This document shows, piece after piece, positions 30,753-42,552 of a DNA stretch of 64,000 bases. Below the pieces are notes generated by a model. It searched no databases. It was not told the DNA's origin and was given only the letters and a program-made list of their open reading frames with translations. Source of the stretch: an uncultured Spirochaetota bacterium. GTDB taxonomy: Bacteria > Spirochaetota > Brevinematia > Brevinematales > JAOACQ01. Every line of letters starts with the position of its first letter. The stretch's first letter is position 1. Location of the stretch: the NCBI GenBank assembly GCA_963783575.1, contig CAWAOD010000011.1, positions 574,661-638,660 on the forward strand, written 5' to 3'. A program made the position numbers and the translations under genes.

Positions 30753-32120
30753 TTATTTTTTAGAGAAAGGTAAGTCTTTCAATGCTTTTTTAACTTCATC
30801 TTCCGGATATTCATAATCCTCAAGTTTTCCATCAAGATATAACTGATATGAAGAAAGATCAAAGAAACCATGACCGCTGAAATTAAAGAGAATGGTTTTT
30901 TCCTTACCTTCCTTTTTGGCAAGTAAAGCCTCGTCAATTGCGCCCTTTATCGCATGATTTGTTTCCGGAGCTGCGACAATACCTTCGGTCCTGGCAAAAA
31001 GGACTCCTGCTTCAAAAACTTCATTTTGATGATAAGCTCTTGCTTCCGCAAATCCCTGTTTAACAAGTGCGCTGACAAGAGGAGCCATACCGTGGTAGCG
31101 TAAACCGCCGGCATGAATTGAAGGGGGCATAAATCCATGACCCAGGGTAAACATTTTGACAATCGGCGCCATTCCGGCAGTGTCGCCGTAATCGTATTCG
31201 TATGCTCCCTTTGTTACAGAAGGGCAGGCTTTGGGTTCAACAGCAAGGATTTTTACTTTTTTATTGTTCTGTATTTTATCCATAGCAAACGGGAATGAGA
31301 TTCCTGCGAAATTACTGCCTCCGCCAATACAACCGACAACTACATCGGGATATTCATTAATAGATGCCAGCTGTTTTTTCGCTTCCAGGCCGATTATTGT
31401 CTGGTGCAGGAGAACATGGTTTAATACACTTCCAAGTGAGTAATTAGTATCTTTCCGGTTTACCGCTTCTTCAATAGCCTCGCTGATGGCGATGCCAAGA
31501 CTTCCCGGATTATCAGGATCTTTTGCCAGCAATTCTCTTCCAAATGCCGTTTCTTTACTTGGGCTTGGAATGCATTCCGCACCCCAGACGGCCATTATCT
31601 GCTTTCTGGCAGGTTTCATATTATAACTTGCTTTAACCATAAAGACCCGGACTTCTATGCCGAAAAGACTGCCGGCTAAAGCAAGGGCGCTTCCCCATTG
31701 ACCCGCGCCTGTTTCCGTTGTCAATCTTTTTACACCCTCCATCTTGTTATAATAAGCCTGTGCTATTGAAGTGTTAGGCTTATGCGAGCCTGCAGGCGAA
31801 CAGCCTTCATATTTATAATATATTTTTGCCGGAGTACCGAGGACTTTTTCAAGGTGTATTGCCCTGAAAATCGGTGACGGTCTCCAACGGCTGTATACGT
31901 CCAGAACGGGATCGGGTATTTTAATCCATCTGTCGGCGGACATTTCCTGACCGATCAATGCCATCGGAAAAATCTTTCCTATCACACCTAAATCATTTGG
32001 GGTAACAGGTTTTCCATCCGGTCCAAAAGGAGGATCGGGTAATTTGGGTAAATCAGCCTGAATATTGTACCATTCAGTAGGAATATCTTTCTGAAGCAAA
32101 TCGATTTTTTGGATTTCCAT
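30753..32120 (-). CDS. trpB: TrpB-like PLP enzyme (TrpB2, stand-alone tryptophan synthase beta)
   Basis: [45 protein letters not shown]; no trpA adjacent. Confidence 0.93.
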   Translation of the reverse strand: MEIQKIDLLQKDIPTEWYNIQADLPKLPDPPFGPDGKPVTPNDLGVIGKIFPMALIGQEMSADRWIKIPDPVLDVYSRWRPSPIFRAIHLEKVLGTPAKIYYKYEGCSPAGSHKPNTSIAQAYYNKMEGVKRLTTETGAGQWGSALALAGSLFGIEVRVFMVKASYNMKPARKQIMAVWGAECIPSPSKETAFGRELLAKDPDNPGSLGIAISEAIEEAVNRKDTNYSLGSVLNHVLLHQTIIGLEAKKQLASINEYPDVVVGCIGGGSNFAGISFPFAMDKIQNNKKVKILAVEPKACPSVTKGAYEYDYGDTAGMAPIVKMFTLGHGFMPPSIHAGGLRYHGMAPLVSALVKQGFAEARAYHQNEVFEAGVLFARTEGIVAAPETNHAIKGAIDEALLAKKEGKEKTILFNFSGHGFFDLSSYQLYLDGKLEDYEYPEDEVKKALKDLPFSKK

Positions 32121-32294
32121 AAATATAACACCTCCTTCAGTGTTTTTTGAAATAAAATATTACCATACAAAAAAAGTCATCTATTATAATTATTTCCTAT
32201 AAGATTCTGTAGTCTAGACTAAATACATAGATAAGTCCATTGAAAGAATAGTATCAAAGAGGATATATGGAATGTTTTGGTAAGAACTTATCTT

Positions 32295-32630
32295 TTATTT
32301 AAAAGCAGCCAGAGCATCGGATTCATTGTCATAGATATCGAAAAAGCTTGTTAATTTTGTTAATTCAAATACCTTTCTTACAGAAGCATAAACATTTATC
32401 AATTTAAGAGCGCCGCCGACTTTTTTTAAATTAGAAAGGCTTGAAATTAGTACGCCGATTCCGGAACTGTCAATATAGCTCACTTTATCAAGGTTTATAA
32501 TAATATTAACCTTTCCTTTATTCATTTCTTCTTTTATTTTGTCCTTTATTTCCGGAGCATTGTAAAGATCTATTTCTCCATTGATATCAAAAACTGCGAT
32601 CTCGCCAATTTCCCTTCTGTTTATCTCCAT
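32295..32630 (-). CDS. STAS-domain anti-sigma-factor antagonist (RsbV/SpoIIAA-like)
   Basis: GEIDLYNAP, VSYIDSSGIGVL; GGAGGA RBS before ATG 32630. Confidence 0.93.
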   Translation of the reverse strand: MEINRREIGEIAVFDINGEIDLYNAPEIKDKIKEEMNKGKVNIIINLDKVSYIDSSGIGVLISSLSNLKKVGGALKLINVYASVRKVFELTKLTSFFDIYDNESDALAAFK

Positions 32631-32689
32631 AAAATCCTCCTTTATTTTAATCAAAACCAAACTTTCTTAAATATCAAACTTTATTATAA

Positions 32690-34756
32690 TTATTTAAACT
32701 TCAATATTAAAATTGTCTCATCATCATGCTGAGGTGCAAACCCTACAAAATTAACTATTGATTCCAGTAGCTTACTAGCAATGTCTTTAGCATTTTCTCT
32801 TTTATTCTTTCTTATTATTTCTTTGACGCGCTCAATCCCGAATTCTTCATTAGCCATATTATAAGCTTCTGTGATGCCATCCGTATATAATAAAATAATA
32901 TCGCCTTTTTCCAAAACGGTATAATTCTGTCCATACTCTGCGCCCGACATTATCCCGATCGGCATTCCTTCTGTGTCCAGAAACTCAAGTGAATCAGTCT
33001 CCGCGCGGTATATTAGAATCGGGCCATGACCGGCATTTGTATAATTCATTATACCCTTTTCCGCATCAAAAAGCAAGTATATTCCGGTTGCGTATCTGTC
33101 TTCAACAATTTCCTTAGAAATTGTATTGTTCAAAGTTGACATAATTTCCTTTGATTCTTCATTCAATGACGCAATAGTCCTAAGTATGCTTCTGATCATA
33201 ACCATTATCAGTGAAGCGGGTACGCCTTTCCCGGAGACATCGAACATTGTAAGCGCTATTTTATTATTGCCGAAATCAATATAGTCATAAAAATCACCGC
33301 CTACTCCTTTTGCCGGAATGGAATACCCGTAAATATCATAACTGGTAGTTGTCGGAAAAGTATGTGGAATCAGAGATAATTGAATTTCACCCGCAACTTC
33401 AATTTCTTTTTCAGCCTGCTTTTTTTCCAATACTTCACGGTACATTTGAATCTGCATTATAGTTATTGTTGCCTGTTTTCCAAGGGTTTCAAGAAGACTT
33501 AAGTCATTTTCGGTAAAAACCTTTGAGTCGTCAACTACGGATAGAACTCCAAATACGTCATCCTTTGATTTCAGTGGAATAGCGATAAAAGATATTACCT
33601 TCATATATTCTTCAACAGTCTGCACATAATCCTCAACTTTTGATACATCCGGAATATAAATTGTTTCACCTTTTTCAGCTACTTTACCAAGGATGCCTTC
33701 TCCGATTGCGATTTTTTCGGATTTGAACTTTTCTATAATTACAGTTTCATTTAATGTTAAACCCTGTGTTGTTTTAAAAGGTTTTGTCGGAGGATAAAGC
33801 CCCAAGACATATTTTACAGTCAAGCGGTTTGTTATCGGGTCTTTTATTAATATTGTTCCGGCGCTTGCATTTGTGCCTTTAATAGAATTGTTGACGATAG
33901 TTTTGATTACTATGTCCAGGTCAAAATCACCCGATCCCATTGCGTCGCCGATTTCTTTCATCAATGATATGATAATATCTTTTTCCTTAATAAGGTTTTC
34001 TACCTTTCCATGAATGGATTCTATATAATCGGAATGATTATTGAAAGCATATACCGATAATAATATTACCGATATAATCTGGATCAGGAACCAGGCAGGC
34101 TGCTGATAATATGGGATCAATGAAGAAAAGATATTAAATACTATCTCGATGGAAAGTAAAGTAAGTATTATACTTCTATATTTTGTTATATTTTTTAACA
34201 ATTGAACAACACTTTCAAATACTGAAGCAACTGCAATACAAGCCATTATCAATATTACAAGTTTCCATATTACAAAAATTAAACGGCCCACTCTGGACTT
34301 AAAAAATTCAATTATCGGTATGGCTGTTTTGTGAGTTGTTGAGTCTCCTAACCTTATGGAAACTATAACAATTACAATTCCTAATGCAATTGCAATGAAA
34401 AGTTGAATAGACATAGTCCAGATTGCCGAGGTCTGCTGTTTCTTTTCCAGGCTTCTTCTATAAATAATAAAAATATAACTCAAAACTATAACATAGACCG
34501 TCTCAATGAATTGAAATACAAAATAATGCAAATCATAGAGAGGCATAAGATTTTGATCGATTACATTAGGTGATATAAACTGAACATTTGAAAAATGAAT
34601 AAGTAAATATATTACAGATTTTAATAATATTATCATGAATAAAATAAAGAGGAAAGCAAATTCACTCAAATGGTATTTTATCCAGTCTATAAGAAGAAGT
34701 GCTCCGATAAACAAAGCAATTACAGTTTCAATCCATAAATAAATATCTGAACCCAT
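32690..34756 (-). CDS. Membrane-bound GAF + SpoIIE/RsbU-type PP2C phosphatase
   Basis: N-terminal TM bundle, GAF-like middle, VGGDFYD, DVSGKG, YTDGITE, QHDDET. Confidence 0.92.
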   Translation of the reverse strand: MGSDIYLWIETVIALFIGALLLIDWIKYHLSEFAFLFILFMIILLKSVIYLLIHFSNVQFISPNVIDQNLMPLYDLHYFVFQFIETVYVIVLSYIFIIYRRSLEKKQQTSAIWTMSIQLFIAIALGIVIVIVSIRLGDSTTHKTAIPIIEFFKSRVGRLIFVIWKLVILIMACIAVASVFESVVQLLKNITKYRSIILTLLSIEIVFNIFSSLIPYYQQPAWFLIQIISVILLSVYAFNNHSDYIESIHGKVENLIKEKDIIISLMKEIGDAMGSGDFDLDIVIKTIVNNSIKGTNASAGTILIKDPITNRLTVKYVLGLYPPTKPFKTTQGLTLNETVIIEKFKSEKIAIGEGILGKVAEKGETIYIPDVSKVEDYVQTVEEYMKVISFIAIPLKSKDDVFGVLSVVDDSKVFTENDLSLLETLGKQATITIMQIQMYREVLEKKQAEKEIEVAGEIQLSLIPHTFPTTTSYDIYGYSIPAKGVGGDFYDYIDFGNNKIALTMFDVSGKGVPASLIMVMIRSILRTIASLNEESKEIMSTLNNTISKEIVEDRYATGIYLLFDAEKGIMNYTNAGHGPILIYRAETDSLEFLDTEGMPIGIMSGAEYGQNYTVLEKGDIILLYTDGITEAYNMANEEFGIERVKEIIRKNKRENAKDIASKLLESIVNFVGFAPQHDDETILILKFK

Positions 34757-34802
34757 ATTTTTCTCCCGGAGGCTATCTTATTTTAGTATATTCTTCAATG
34801 CA

Positions 34803-36704
34803 TCAATAGCCTAAAACTCTTTTAAATAAATTAATTCGGTCTTGTTTCAGGTAATCGCTCTTTACAGCATATTTATCCTTAAGGGAATCCAGGTTCCCGA
34901 TCATGTAATTTGAAATTATATTAACTTCACAGGAATAATCCGCAACATTAGAAACCTTTAGCAGCGATAAAGGAATCAAAGAACCATATGAAAGATCAAA
35001 AGCAGTCATACTGTCTTTTTCCTTTAGTCCGTATGCCAGTCCGGCGTTAAGAAAATATTGATTTTGGGAAACTTCATTGCCGATCCGCCATACCGATGGA
35101 AATATACCATCCATCCAGTCCAGAAAACGTACAACAGAATGATTCATATCTTCAGGATTAAAATTAATAAAAAACTGATTAATCATTATTCCTGTTTTAT
35201 CAAATAAGGAGTATTTAAACGTTTTTAATAAATCGTCCGCTGACGCTATTATGAAAAAGCTATAATTATTTTCTCTAAGAAATTCCAAAATATAATTTAT
35301 TCCTTGCTTTTTTCGGTATTCCATCGTATATAACTTGAATTTATTATAATATTGAACGTTATAAAGTACTGTATCCGCATAAATTCTTGAGTAATTATAA
35401 AAATCGGCATCCACTAAAAAAAGTCCCTTGTAAATATAAAAATCGGGCTCATCAACCCTGAGTTTATTATTCTTTAGTCTCCATTCATAATTTTCAATTT
35501 TATCTTTAATACTTGAATCGGGATCAATCTTGGACAATGATTTTAATTCCTGATATGAATGATAAAAATCATTATGCGTCTCATAAAAGGAAAACAATTT
35601 TTTTCTTGCTTCAATTTGATAAGGATAAAGCGTAACCGATTTTTTAAGATTTAAAAAATAAATTTTGGTTTCCCCTCTGTTATATGCATCGCTGGAATTT
35701 GATAAACGGATCATTGACAGATCTTTCCTGATATCAGAATCGATTTTATAATTATTTAATGCAAAATATTCCAGTGCATATTGAAAATACTCGTTATTAG
35801 GATAATTGGCGATCGCCAGCCTGTAATTTTCTACGGATTTTTCCTTATCCATTGATTCATAAGCGAGGCCTGTTTTGTAATAATTCCAGGCGATGAACTT
35901 CTTATCTTTCTGAACTCCGGCCTGTCCGATCCAGTTATATTTCTCAATTGCTTTCTTATAATTACCTGTATTTAAGTAACAATCGGCAAGGATAACAATT
36001 CCCGAATAAAAATTTTCAAAAATCTTTTCACCGTCTTCCAGAAGAGATATCGCATCCTGGAAATTTCCCGTTGTCCGGAAGAAATCTGCCAAAGTCACAT
36101 AAACCAGCCTTTCCTTTGGATTCAAGTTAAATGCTTTTTTGTAGTATTCCTCGGCTTTAATATTATTGCCGTTTTTAAGATAATAGTTGCCGAAAGAAAT
36201 ATAATTCCGCCAGTAATTTGAATTGATCCTATCGGCCTTGTTCAGCATAGAAAGAGCGAGTGTCAGTTTGTTCATTTTAAGGTATAATTCACTTAAATTT
36301 CTATAAACCTCTACGTATGAAGGAGACATATCGACTATCTTTTTATAATATTTTTCGGCGGTATCGTAATTACCCAATTCCCTGTATGAATTAGCGAGGA
36401 TAAGCATTGCATCGGCATCATTATTGGCATATTTAAGAGCCGTCAAACTATTTTCAAGACTGATGTTGAAATCTCCGAGTGAATAATAAACCTCTGCAAG
36501 ATATTTATATGCGTCCCCGTAATAGGGGTTTATTTCAATCGCATTTCTGAATGAATCGATTGCCTCATAATACTTCTCCTGATTAAACAGGGTAACTCCA
36601 TTATCTAGAAAAATCTTTGCATTGTTAATATTTTCAGACCACATTGAAATTGTGATATTTAATATAAAGAATAAAAAAACATATATCTTATTTATTTTCA
36701 ACAT
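34803..36704 (-). CDS. Exported TPR-repeat protein
   Basis: Signal-peptide-like N-terminus followed by multiple TPRs. Confidence 0.85.
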   Translation of the reverse strand: MLKINKIYVFLFFILNITISMWSENINNAKIFLDNGVTLFNQEKYYEAIDSFRNAIEINPYYGDAYKYLAEVYYSLGDFNISLENSLTALKYANNDADAMLILANSYRELGNYDTAEKYYKKIVDMSPSYVEVYRNLSELYLKMNKLTLALSMLNKADRINSNYWRNYISFGNYYLKNGNNIKAEEYYKKAFNLNPKERLVYVTLADFFRTTGNFQDAISLLEDGEKIFENFYSGIVILADCYLNTGNYKKAIEKYNWIGQAGVQKDKKFIAWNYYKTGLAYESMDKEKSVENYRLAIANYPNNEYFQYALEYFALNNYKIDSDIRKDLSMIRLSNSSDAYNRGETKIYFLNLKKSVTLYPYQIEARKKLFSFYETHNDFYHSYQELKSLSKIDPDSSIKDKIENYEWRLKNNKLRVDEPDFYIYKGLFLVDADFYNYSRIYADTVLYNVQYYNKFKLYTMEYRKKQGINYILEFLRENNYSFFIIASADDLLKTFKYSLFDKTGIMINQFFINFNPEDMNHSVVRFLDWMDGIFPSVWRIGNEVSQNQYFLNAGLAYGLKEKDSMTAFDLSYGSLIPLSLLKVSNVADYSCEVNIISNYMIGNLDSLKDKYAVKSDYLKQDRINLFKRVLGY

Positions 36705-36719
36705 GAAAGGTCCTTATTA

Positions 36720-37635
36720 TTATACCTTGGCTTCAGATTCGGGGTTTTTATTTTCTTCTGATTGTTCAATTTCCCCGAGCGAGGCCTGGAGCTGTTCAGT
36801 CTCTTCGCCCAGTTTTTCATATATATTTTTGGATAAATTTAGCAAAACTTCAGGTTTGTCTTTAGCTTTTTTTCCAATACCGAAAACTCTGCTCAAAACT
36901 CTTTTAACATCTTCATATAACTTTAATTTTTCGTAAGGATCCTCAACAAAGTGAGCTGTCTTATATTTCAATATTGCATCAACGTAAAGCATACCATCAT
37001 ATCCGAAATTTTTATCGGTATCCGGACCGAGGTTTTTTGCGCCGTCGAGAGGCTCTATAGCTTTTGATTGATTATTAATGGCAAGGTCATAAAATTCGGA
37101 CGCTTTTTTATAAAAAAGCTGGGATAATTCCTGAAATTTCATTTCTTTAAATTCTTCAAATAAATCAGACATAAGCCATGCCCGATCTGAGAGAATAAAT
37201 TCCAATTTTAATTGTTGGAGAGAATTTTTTTTTATCAAAAAAAGGGTAACAGCTTAAAGCTAAAATGTAGCTTGCAGCGCCGCTTACAATATCCCTCTTT
37301 TCACTGAATTTTGGTATTTTACCGAAAATTTTTATCAGGTATTCAGCTCGTACTACCTTGTAGTTTTCTATATTTTGTTTGGCTTTCTGAGGAATGCTTA
37401 AAAAATCATAATCATCCGCCGCATATAGACAATTCGGGCATACGGTGACAGGGTAGATCAATGGCGACACCTTACCGTATTTTTGTGTCGGAATATACTT
37501 TCTGCGAAGTTCATCCGTCAAATCGCCGGCGTTTAGTCTTCCTCGTCCCGTAAGCATTTCTTCTCTTTTAAAACCTGTTTCGCAGATAGGGCATTCTATA
37601 TCATTTTTCGAATAATATGTAATGTCTTCAGCCAT
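36720..37635 (-). CDS. DUF2225 family protein (one frameshift at ~37181-37183)
   Basis: CPIC...VTVCPNCLYA. Removing one G restores SLRSAWLMSD (LRxAW motif) and joins the two track ORFs. Confidence 0.8.
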
Positions 37636-37725
37636 ATAGCATCTCCAAAATACTTTGAATTTATGAAGATCATTTTCTAATAAAAAAGTTATGTTTATAA
37701 TTAAAAGTATTTTATTTTAAAAGAA

Positions 37726-37869
37726 TTATTTTACCTGAACAGTTTCATGGAGTAAACTCACCCAAAAACTTTGCGGAATCAACACCATAATAAAAAACAG
37801 GCATAATATAACAGCAATAGTTATAATCACAGCGGTATTATTTTTAAAAAATCGTTTTTCTTTTTTCAT
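37726..37869 (-). CDS. Small membrane protein, 47 aa (not in ORF track)
   Basis: AGGAG RBS; MKKEKRFFKNNTAVIITIAVILCLFFIMVLIPQSFWVSLLHETVQVK, a basic N-terminus plus one TM. Confidence 0.6.
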   Translation of the reverse strand: MKKEKRFFKNNTAVIITIAVILCLFFIMVLIPQSFWVSLLHETVQVK

Positions 37870-37945
37870 TGAATTTCTCCTATGATGTTATATCTTTAGT
37901 AAAATTGACCTTAAAAATTTCTTTACCTAATATCTTAATTTTTAA

Positions 37946-38612
37946 TCAATCGAATGGAACATAAATATCTTCAAGCTGAAGCACATTTTCGTGAAAATCA
38001 TTTTCAATGTTGTTTAACAACGAGGGCGAGCATTCATATGTAAATACCTTATCGTATCTTTTGGTATCCTTAATTATTGAAATTAATATTGTGAAGTTTT
38101 TCTTTTCATAAGGCGGTTTAGCAGGATGCGGCATAGGAGCGAATGAAAATATACCCTCGTCCCTGGGAAGAACTTCTGTCGGGTTATTCCAGAGACTCAA
38201 ATAAATTAACAGCAATTTCCTGATCAATATATAAAGTAATTTCTGCCTTGATTATAGGAAGCATATTTTTTGAAGATATAATTTTTCCATAGATTTTAGG
38301 AAAAATGTAATAAGGAGTTTCTTTGTTTAATTTTTCGCGGATCTCATCAGCCGAATAGGATTTTTTGATAACTTTTATGGCTTCGGAAATATGCAGCATA
38401 ATATCCGCAATGAATTGAGGATCGTTCTGGTATTTAACGATAAGATTTGTAAATCCTTTATTGCTTGTGATATACATAGGCTTGATACGGTTCAATACAA
38501 AGGCCGCAATTTCTCTTTTCTGGTTTTTATTAATCTGGTTACTTTTTGATTCATCCGAAGAGTCGATAAAATCAAAAACTATATCTTCAACTATATTTTT
38601 TAATTCAACCAT
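37946..38612 (-). CDS. ComFB-domain protein, spirochaete type (one frameshift at ~38190-38205)
   Basis: LKNIVEDIV...EIAAFVLNRIKPMYITSNKG is ComFB-like. The downstream frame continues WNNP...GIFSFAP. Confidence 0.75.
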
Positions 38613-38728
38613 AAAAAGACCTCATGTTAAATAATATGCCTATTTATTTTAATAAATAAAAATTAAATGTCAATTAAATTGAATTTGGTAAGAGCCGGTT
38701 TTATAGGATACAAATATCATAATATTAG

Positions 38729-39670
38729 TTAATATTTTCTGATAAGATTTATACGGTTTGGTAAAGGCTTTCCCTCTTTGTAAAGTTTCAGGCTGTTTAA
38801 AAATATTTCCAGCGCTCTTTTCATATAATACGGGCTTACACCTGCGTTATGAGGCGTAATAATCACGTTCTCCATATTCCATAAAGGGCTTTCCTGCGGA
38901 AGCGGTTCTTCATGGAACACATCAAGGCCTGCACCCCTGATAATTCCATTTTTAAGCGCTTCGATCATTACATTTTCATCAACGGTATCACCGCGGGATA
39001 TGTTTATAAAAACAGAATTTTTTTTCATAGCTTTAAATTCATCAAGTCCCATCAAATGAAAGGTTTCATCTGTCAATGGCGTTACTAGAACGGAATAATC
39101 CGAATGGTTTAAAGCTTCATGGAGCTTTTCAATACCCCAAACAAAATCAAAATATTCCAGTTCAACAGGATGTTTTTTCAAACCTGTCACAATCATATCA
39201 AATGCTTTGGCTTTTCTGGCTATCTCCATTCCGATGCTTCCAGCCCCTATAATGCACAAGTTCCTACCGGCCAATTCATCAACCCTCAAATTCTGGTCCC
39301 ATTTTTTTTCAATCTGGTTTTTTAGGCATTTATGTAAATATCTGCTGAATGCAATCATAATCCCTATCACATGCTCAGCCATCTGTTTGCCATGAATTCC
39401 CCTGGTGTTGGTTACTGTAATTCCCATTTCAATCAATTCAGGAAACGGCAGCTTTTCCACCCCGGCACTTAAGCTAAAAAGCCATTTCAGGTTACGGCAT
39501 ATTTTCAGAGTTTCTCCGCTGATATTTCCGAAATGAATGAGTATTTCCGCTTCCGGTAAAGCCTCAACGGCATCTATAATGTTTCTGAAACTTTTGACCT
39601 TCTCTCCGGTAATCGAACTCAATTGTTCAATAAACTCTTCTGAAGCAAATGGAATGATTGATACTATCAT
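38729..39670 (-). CDS. D-2-hydroxyacid dehydrogenase
   Basis: SAGVE, IIGAGSIG, INISRG, GAGLDVF, ITPHNAG. Start moved to ATG 39670 after a GGAGG RBS. Confidence 0.92.
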   Translation of the reverse strand: MIVSIIPFASEEFIEQLSSITGEKVKSFRNIIDAVEALPEAEILIHFGNISGETLKICRNLKWLFSLSAGVEKLPFPELIEMGITVTNTRGIHGKQMAEHVIGIMIAFSRYLHKCLKNQIEKKWDQNLRVDELAGRNLCIIGAGSIGMEIARKAKAFDMIVTGLKKHPVELEYFDFVWGIEKLHEALNHSDYSVLVTPLTDETFHLMGLDEFKAMKKNSVFINISRGDTVDENVMIEALKNGIIRGAGLDVFHEEPLPQESPLWNMENVIITPHNAGVSPYYMKRALEIFLNSLKLYKEGKPLPNRINLIRKY

Positions 39671-39696
39671 ACCGCCCTCCATTAGATAAAAATTGA

Positions 39697-40837
39697 CTAT
39701 GCAAGAGTTGAATGGACCTTTGTCAGCCATTCGCTGATGATTATTTTTTGCGGGCATTTATCTTCGCAAACTCTGCATTGAGTACATTTATTTGCACGCT
39801 CTTTTTCATTTGTATACATAATATAGTTCTTATGAGCCCCCTTTCATATCATCATGAGCGATTCCATCGTTATAGATTTCGAAATTTCTTGGTATATTTA
39901 CACCAGAGGGACATGGCATGCAATAACCGCATTTTGTGCAGGGAATTGGATATCTGTCCAGGTATTTATCATGTATTTTTTCTATAAATTTCATATCGGG
40001 TTCACTCAATGAATTAATGTCTGACTTGTCGGCCGATAATATATTTTCTTCAACCTGATTGATTTTACTCATCCCGCTAAGTATAAGCGAAACTTCTTGA
40101 TGGTTCCATATCCATCGAAGAGACCATTCGGCAGGTGTGGAGTTTTTGTCATAACTATTGAAAATCTCACGCATTTCTTTAGGCGGAGTTGATAATCTTC
40201 CGCCTAAAAGCGGCTCCATTACAATTACTGCTAATCCCTTTGAATACGCATATTCCAGTCCTTTTCTTCCGGCCTGATGTTCAATATCCATATAGTTATA
40301 CTGGATTTGACAAAATGTCCATCCATGATATCCGTCTATAATTTTTTTGAATAATGGATATTCGTCATGAAATGAAAAACCCAAATAACTTATTTTGCCG
40401 TCTTTAATCGCTGATTCGGCCTTTTCTATCAAATTATGCTTTAAGACAATATTCCAATTCCATTCGTTCAGACCATGAAAAAGGTAAAAATCAATGTTTT
40501 CAGTCTGAAGTTTTTTAAGCTGTTCATTTAAGATTCTTTCGAAATCTTCAGGTTTTCTGATTGACCAAACAGGGCATTTGGTCGCTAATTTTATCTTTTT
40601 TCTATAACCGTCTTTTAAGGCTTTTCCCGCTACTATTTCACTCATTCCACCATGGTATACAAAAGCCGTATCAAAGTAATTAATACCATTATCAATGGAA
40701 TAATGTATCATTTTAATGGTTTCTTTTTCATTGATATTTCCGCTCATCGGATTACCGTCATTTGTCGGCAATCTCATGCAGCCGAATCCCAATACCGATG
40801 CGCTCCAGTCAAGTCTGCCAAATTTTCTATATTTCAT
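39697..40837 (-). CDS. Aldo/keto reductase with C-terminal 4Fe-4S dicluster (one frameshift at ~39837-39841)
   Basis: LGFGCMRLP, YFDTA, CTKCGYCMPCP. Removing one G from the G5 run gives ...CTQCRVCEDKCPQKIIISEWLTKVHSTLA-stop. Confidence 0.88.
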
Positions 40838-40884
40838 ATTGTACTCCTTTAATTTAGTCTGCCAGCCGGTTAGTCGAAAGTGAA

Positions 40885-41229
40885 TTAGTCTAATTGACCT
40901 TTCGACTCAATTTGAATAAATTCAATCGGGACTCCGTTTGCTTCTATAAATGCTGCTAAAACCCCTTTTGAAGGACTGTTGGGTTCTATGATAACTTTTT
41001 TCCCTTTAATAGCTTCATAGATATCATCAACCTCAAAAGCGATATGCGGTAATTTTTTGACTATTTCCGGCAGTTTACAATCATCTTCATAGCGCATCCA
41101 TTCAATACCGTATTCGCTTGTTTCATATCCGGAATGATAAATTTTATAATCGACAAGATATTCTTCACCTTCCTTCGGTTCTTCTGTCGGTATTCCCAGA
41201 TGGTGATATTTGTACATCATTTTTCCCAT
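40885..41229 (-). CDS. VOC/glyoxalase-like protein
   Basis: YHHLGIP...PHIAFEVDDI...PIEFI. Confidence 0.8.
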   Translation of the reverse strand: MGKMMYKYHHLGIPTEEPKEGEEYLVDYKIYHSGYETSEYGIEWMRYEDDCKLPEIVKKLPHIAFEVDDIYEAIKGKKVIIEPNSPSKGVLAAFIEANGVPIEFIQIESKGQLD

Positions 41230-41427
41230 TATTATTTCTCCTTAGTTTGATTCAATAAATAAAAAGTTTTTCATGAATATTCATACAATTTCCAAAATAT
41301 TATTTTCTAGATCATATTCCAGATTAGTTATTATACCTTTAATTGTAATTCTACGGTTATATTTAATTCAGCTGCATTCTGTTTTATTTATGTTGACATA
41401 AGCCATCACTAATATCATAGTGATTGA

Positions 41428-42552
41428 TCATTCCAGACCGACTATAAAATAACCGTTTTCCTTTATTTCAGAAATATAAACCCTGTATTTCCTATTATTG
41501 ATAATAATTGTCAGATTATCTTTTCCTGCGTTCTCAGGTTTAAGTAGATCAGCCAGTTTTCTAATATCCGGGCTGTTTCCCTGTTTATTGCTTGTTAATT
41601 TGAAATCATCTGAAAATCTTGGGTTCTCTTTTAATTGTTTAACATAATAATAGTCCAACATTAATTTCAATCCCAGAGCTTCCTTTGCAGCTCTGGAAGC
41701 CCCGAATACATCACCGTCTTTATACGTAATAAATACCTTTGATTTAATTTTCTTCATTTCATCCTCAAAAATAGAAAGTATCGGATAATCAGAATGCACT
41801 TCACCTATAAGCAGGTCTCCAATATAAATGCCGGTTCCGGGAGTCTGAACAATTCCCCAAACAAGTGAAATCGTCGGAGGTATTAATACTACCTTGTCCT
41901 TTCCATAATTCACATACGTTTTAAACCAATCAAATTGTGAAAAATCAAGCGATGGCGGAAGTATAGACATCAGATCAAAATATGGGTAATTTGAATGAAT
42001 ATCCACATTGGATACTGAAACAAATGCCAGTGAAACTATAAATGGTGATTTCTTAAATAGATCAATGTATTTATCCTTAATCAGGTTAATAGCCATCATT
42101 TTTTTCTTTTTTAAGTCGGTTAGTGGAGATGTTCCTTCACTCCAGAGAAACAATTCGTTGGAGACATCCGATTTATAGTGTGTTCCATACATTATTTTAT
42201 TGAAAAGGTAAAATTGACCGCCATTCTTCTCATCCATCTTCGATATATCGATTTTATCAATATTCGGATTTGTAATAGTCTCAATTATTAATTTTTTAAA
42301 TTCAAGCAATATATCTTTTTCTTTTTGAAATCCGGATTGCAGATCTTTTGTAACTCGAGTAACGTCATTTTTCATATTTCCATACCAGGAATCGCAACCT
42401 GGAACCGTTATTATAACAGATAAGCAAGTTATAAATATAAAATAATTTTTTATTAAAATTCCGCCTTTCAACAAAATGTGCTCCAATTTATAAAAGACTT
42501 GAACATAAACATAATACATATAGATTGTACCAAATAAAAATAAGTTTATCAA
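41428..42552 (-). CDS. Putative lipoprotein with Cache-like fold (true start probably ~42470)
   Basis: Lipobox-like VPGC; DFSQFDWF, GEVHSD, YKDGDVF pattern resembles dCache sensory domains. Confidence 0.55.
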   Translation of the reverse strand: MINLFLFGTIYMYYVYVQVFYKLEHILLKGGILIKNYFIFITCLSVIITVPGCDSWYGNMKNDVTRVTKDLQSGFQKEKDILLEFKKLIIETITNPNIDKIDISKMDEKNGGQFYLFNKIMYGTHYKSDVSNELFLWSEGTSPLTDLKKKKMMAINLIKDKYIDLFKKSPFIVSLAFVSVSNVDIHSNYPYFDLMSILPPSLDFSQFDWFKTYVNYGKDKVVLIPPTISLVWGIVQTPGTGIYIGDLLIGEVHSDYPILSIFEDEMKKIKSKVFITYKDGDVFGASRAAKEALGLKLMLDYYYVKQLKENPRFSDDFKLTSNKQGNSPDIRKLADLLKPENAGKDNLTIIINNRKYRVYISEIKENGYFIVGLE

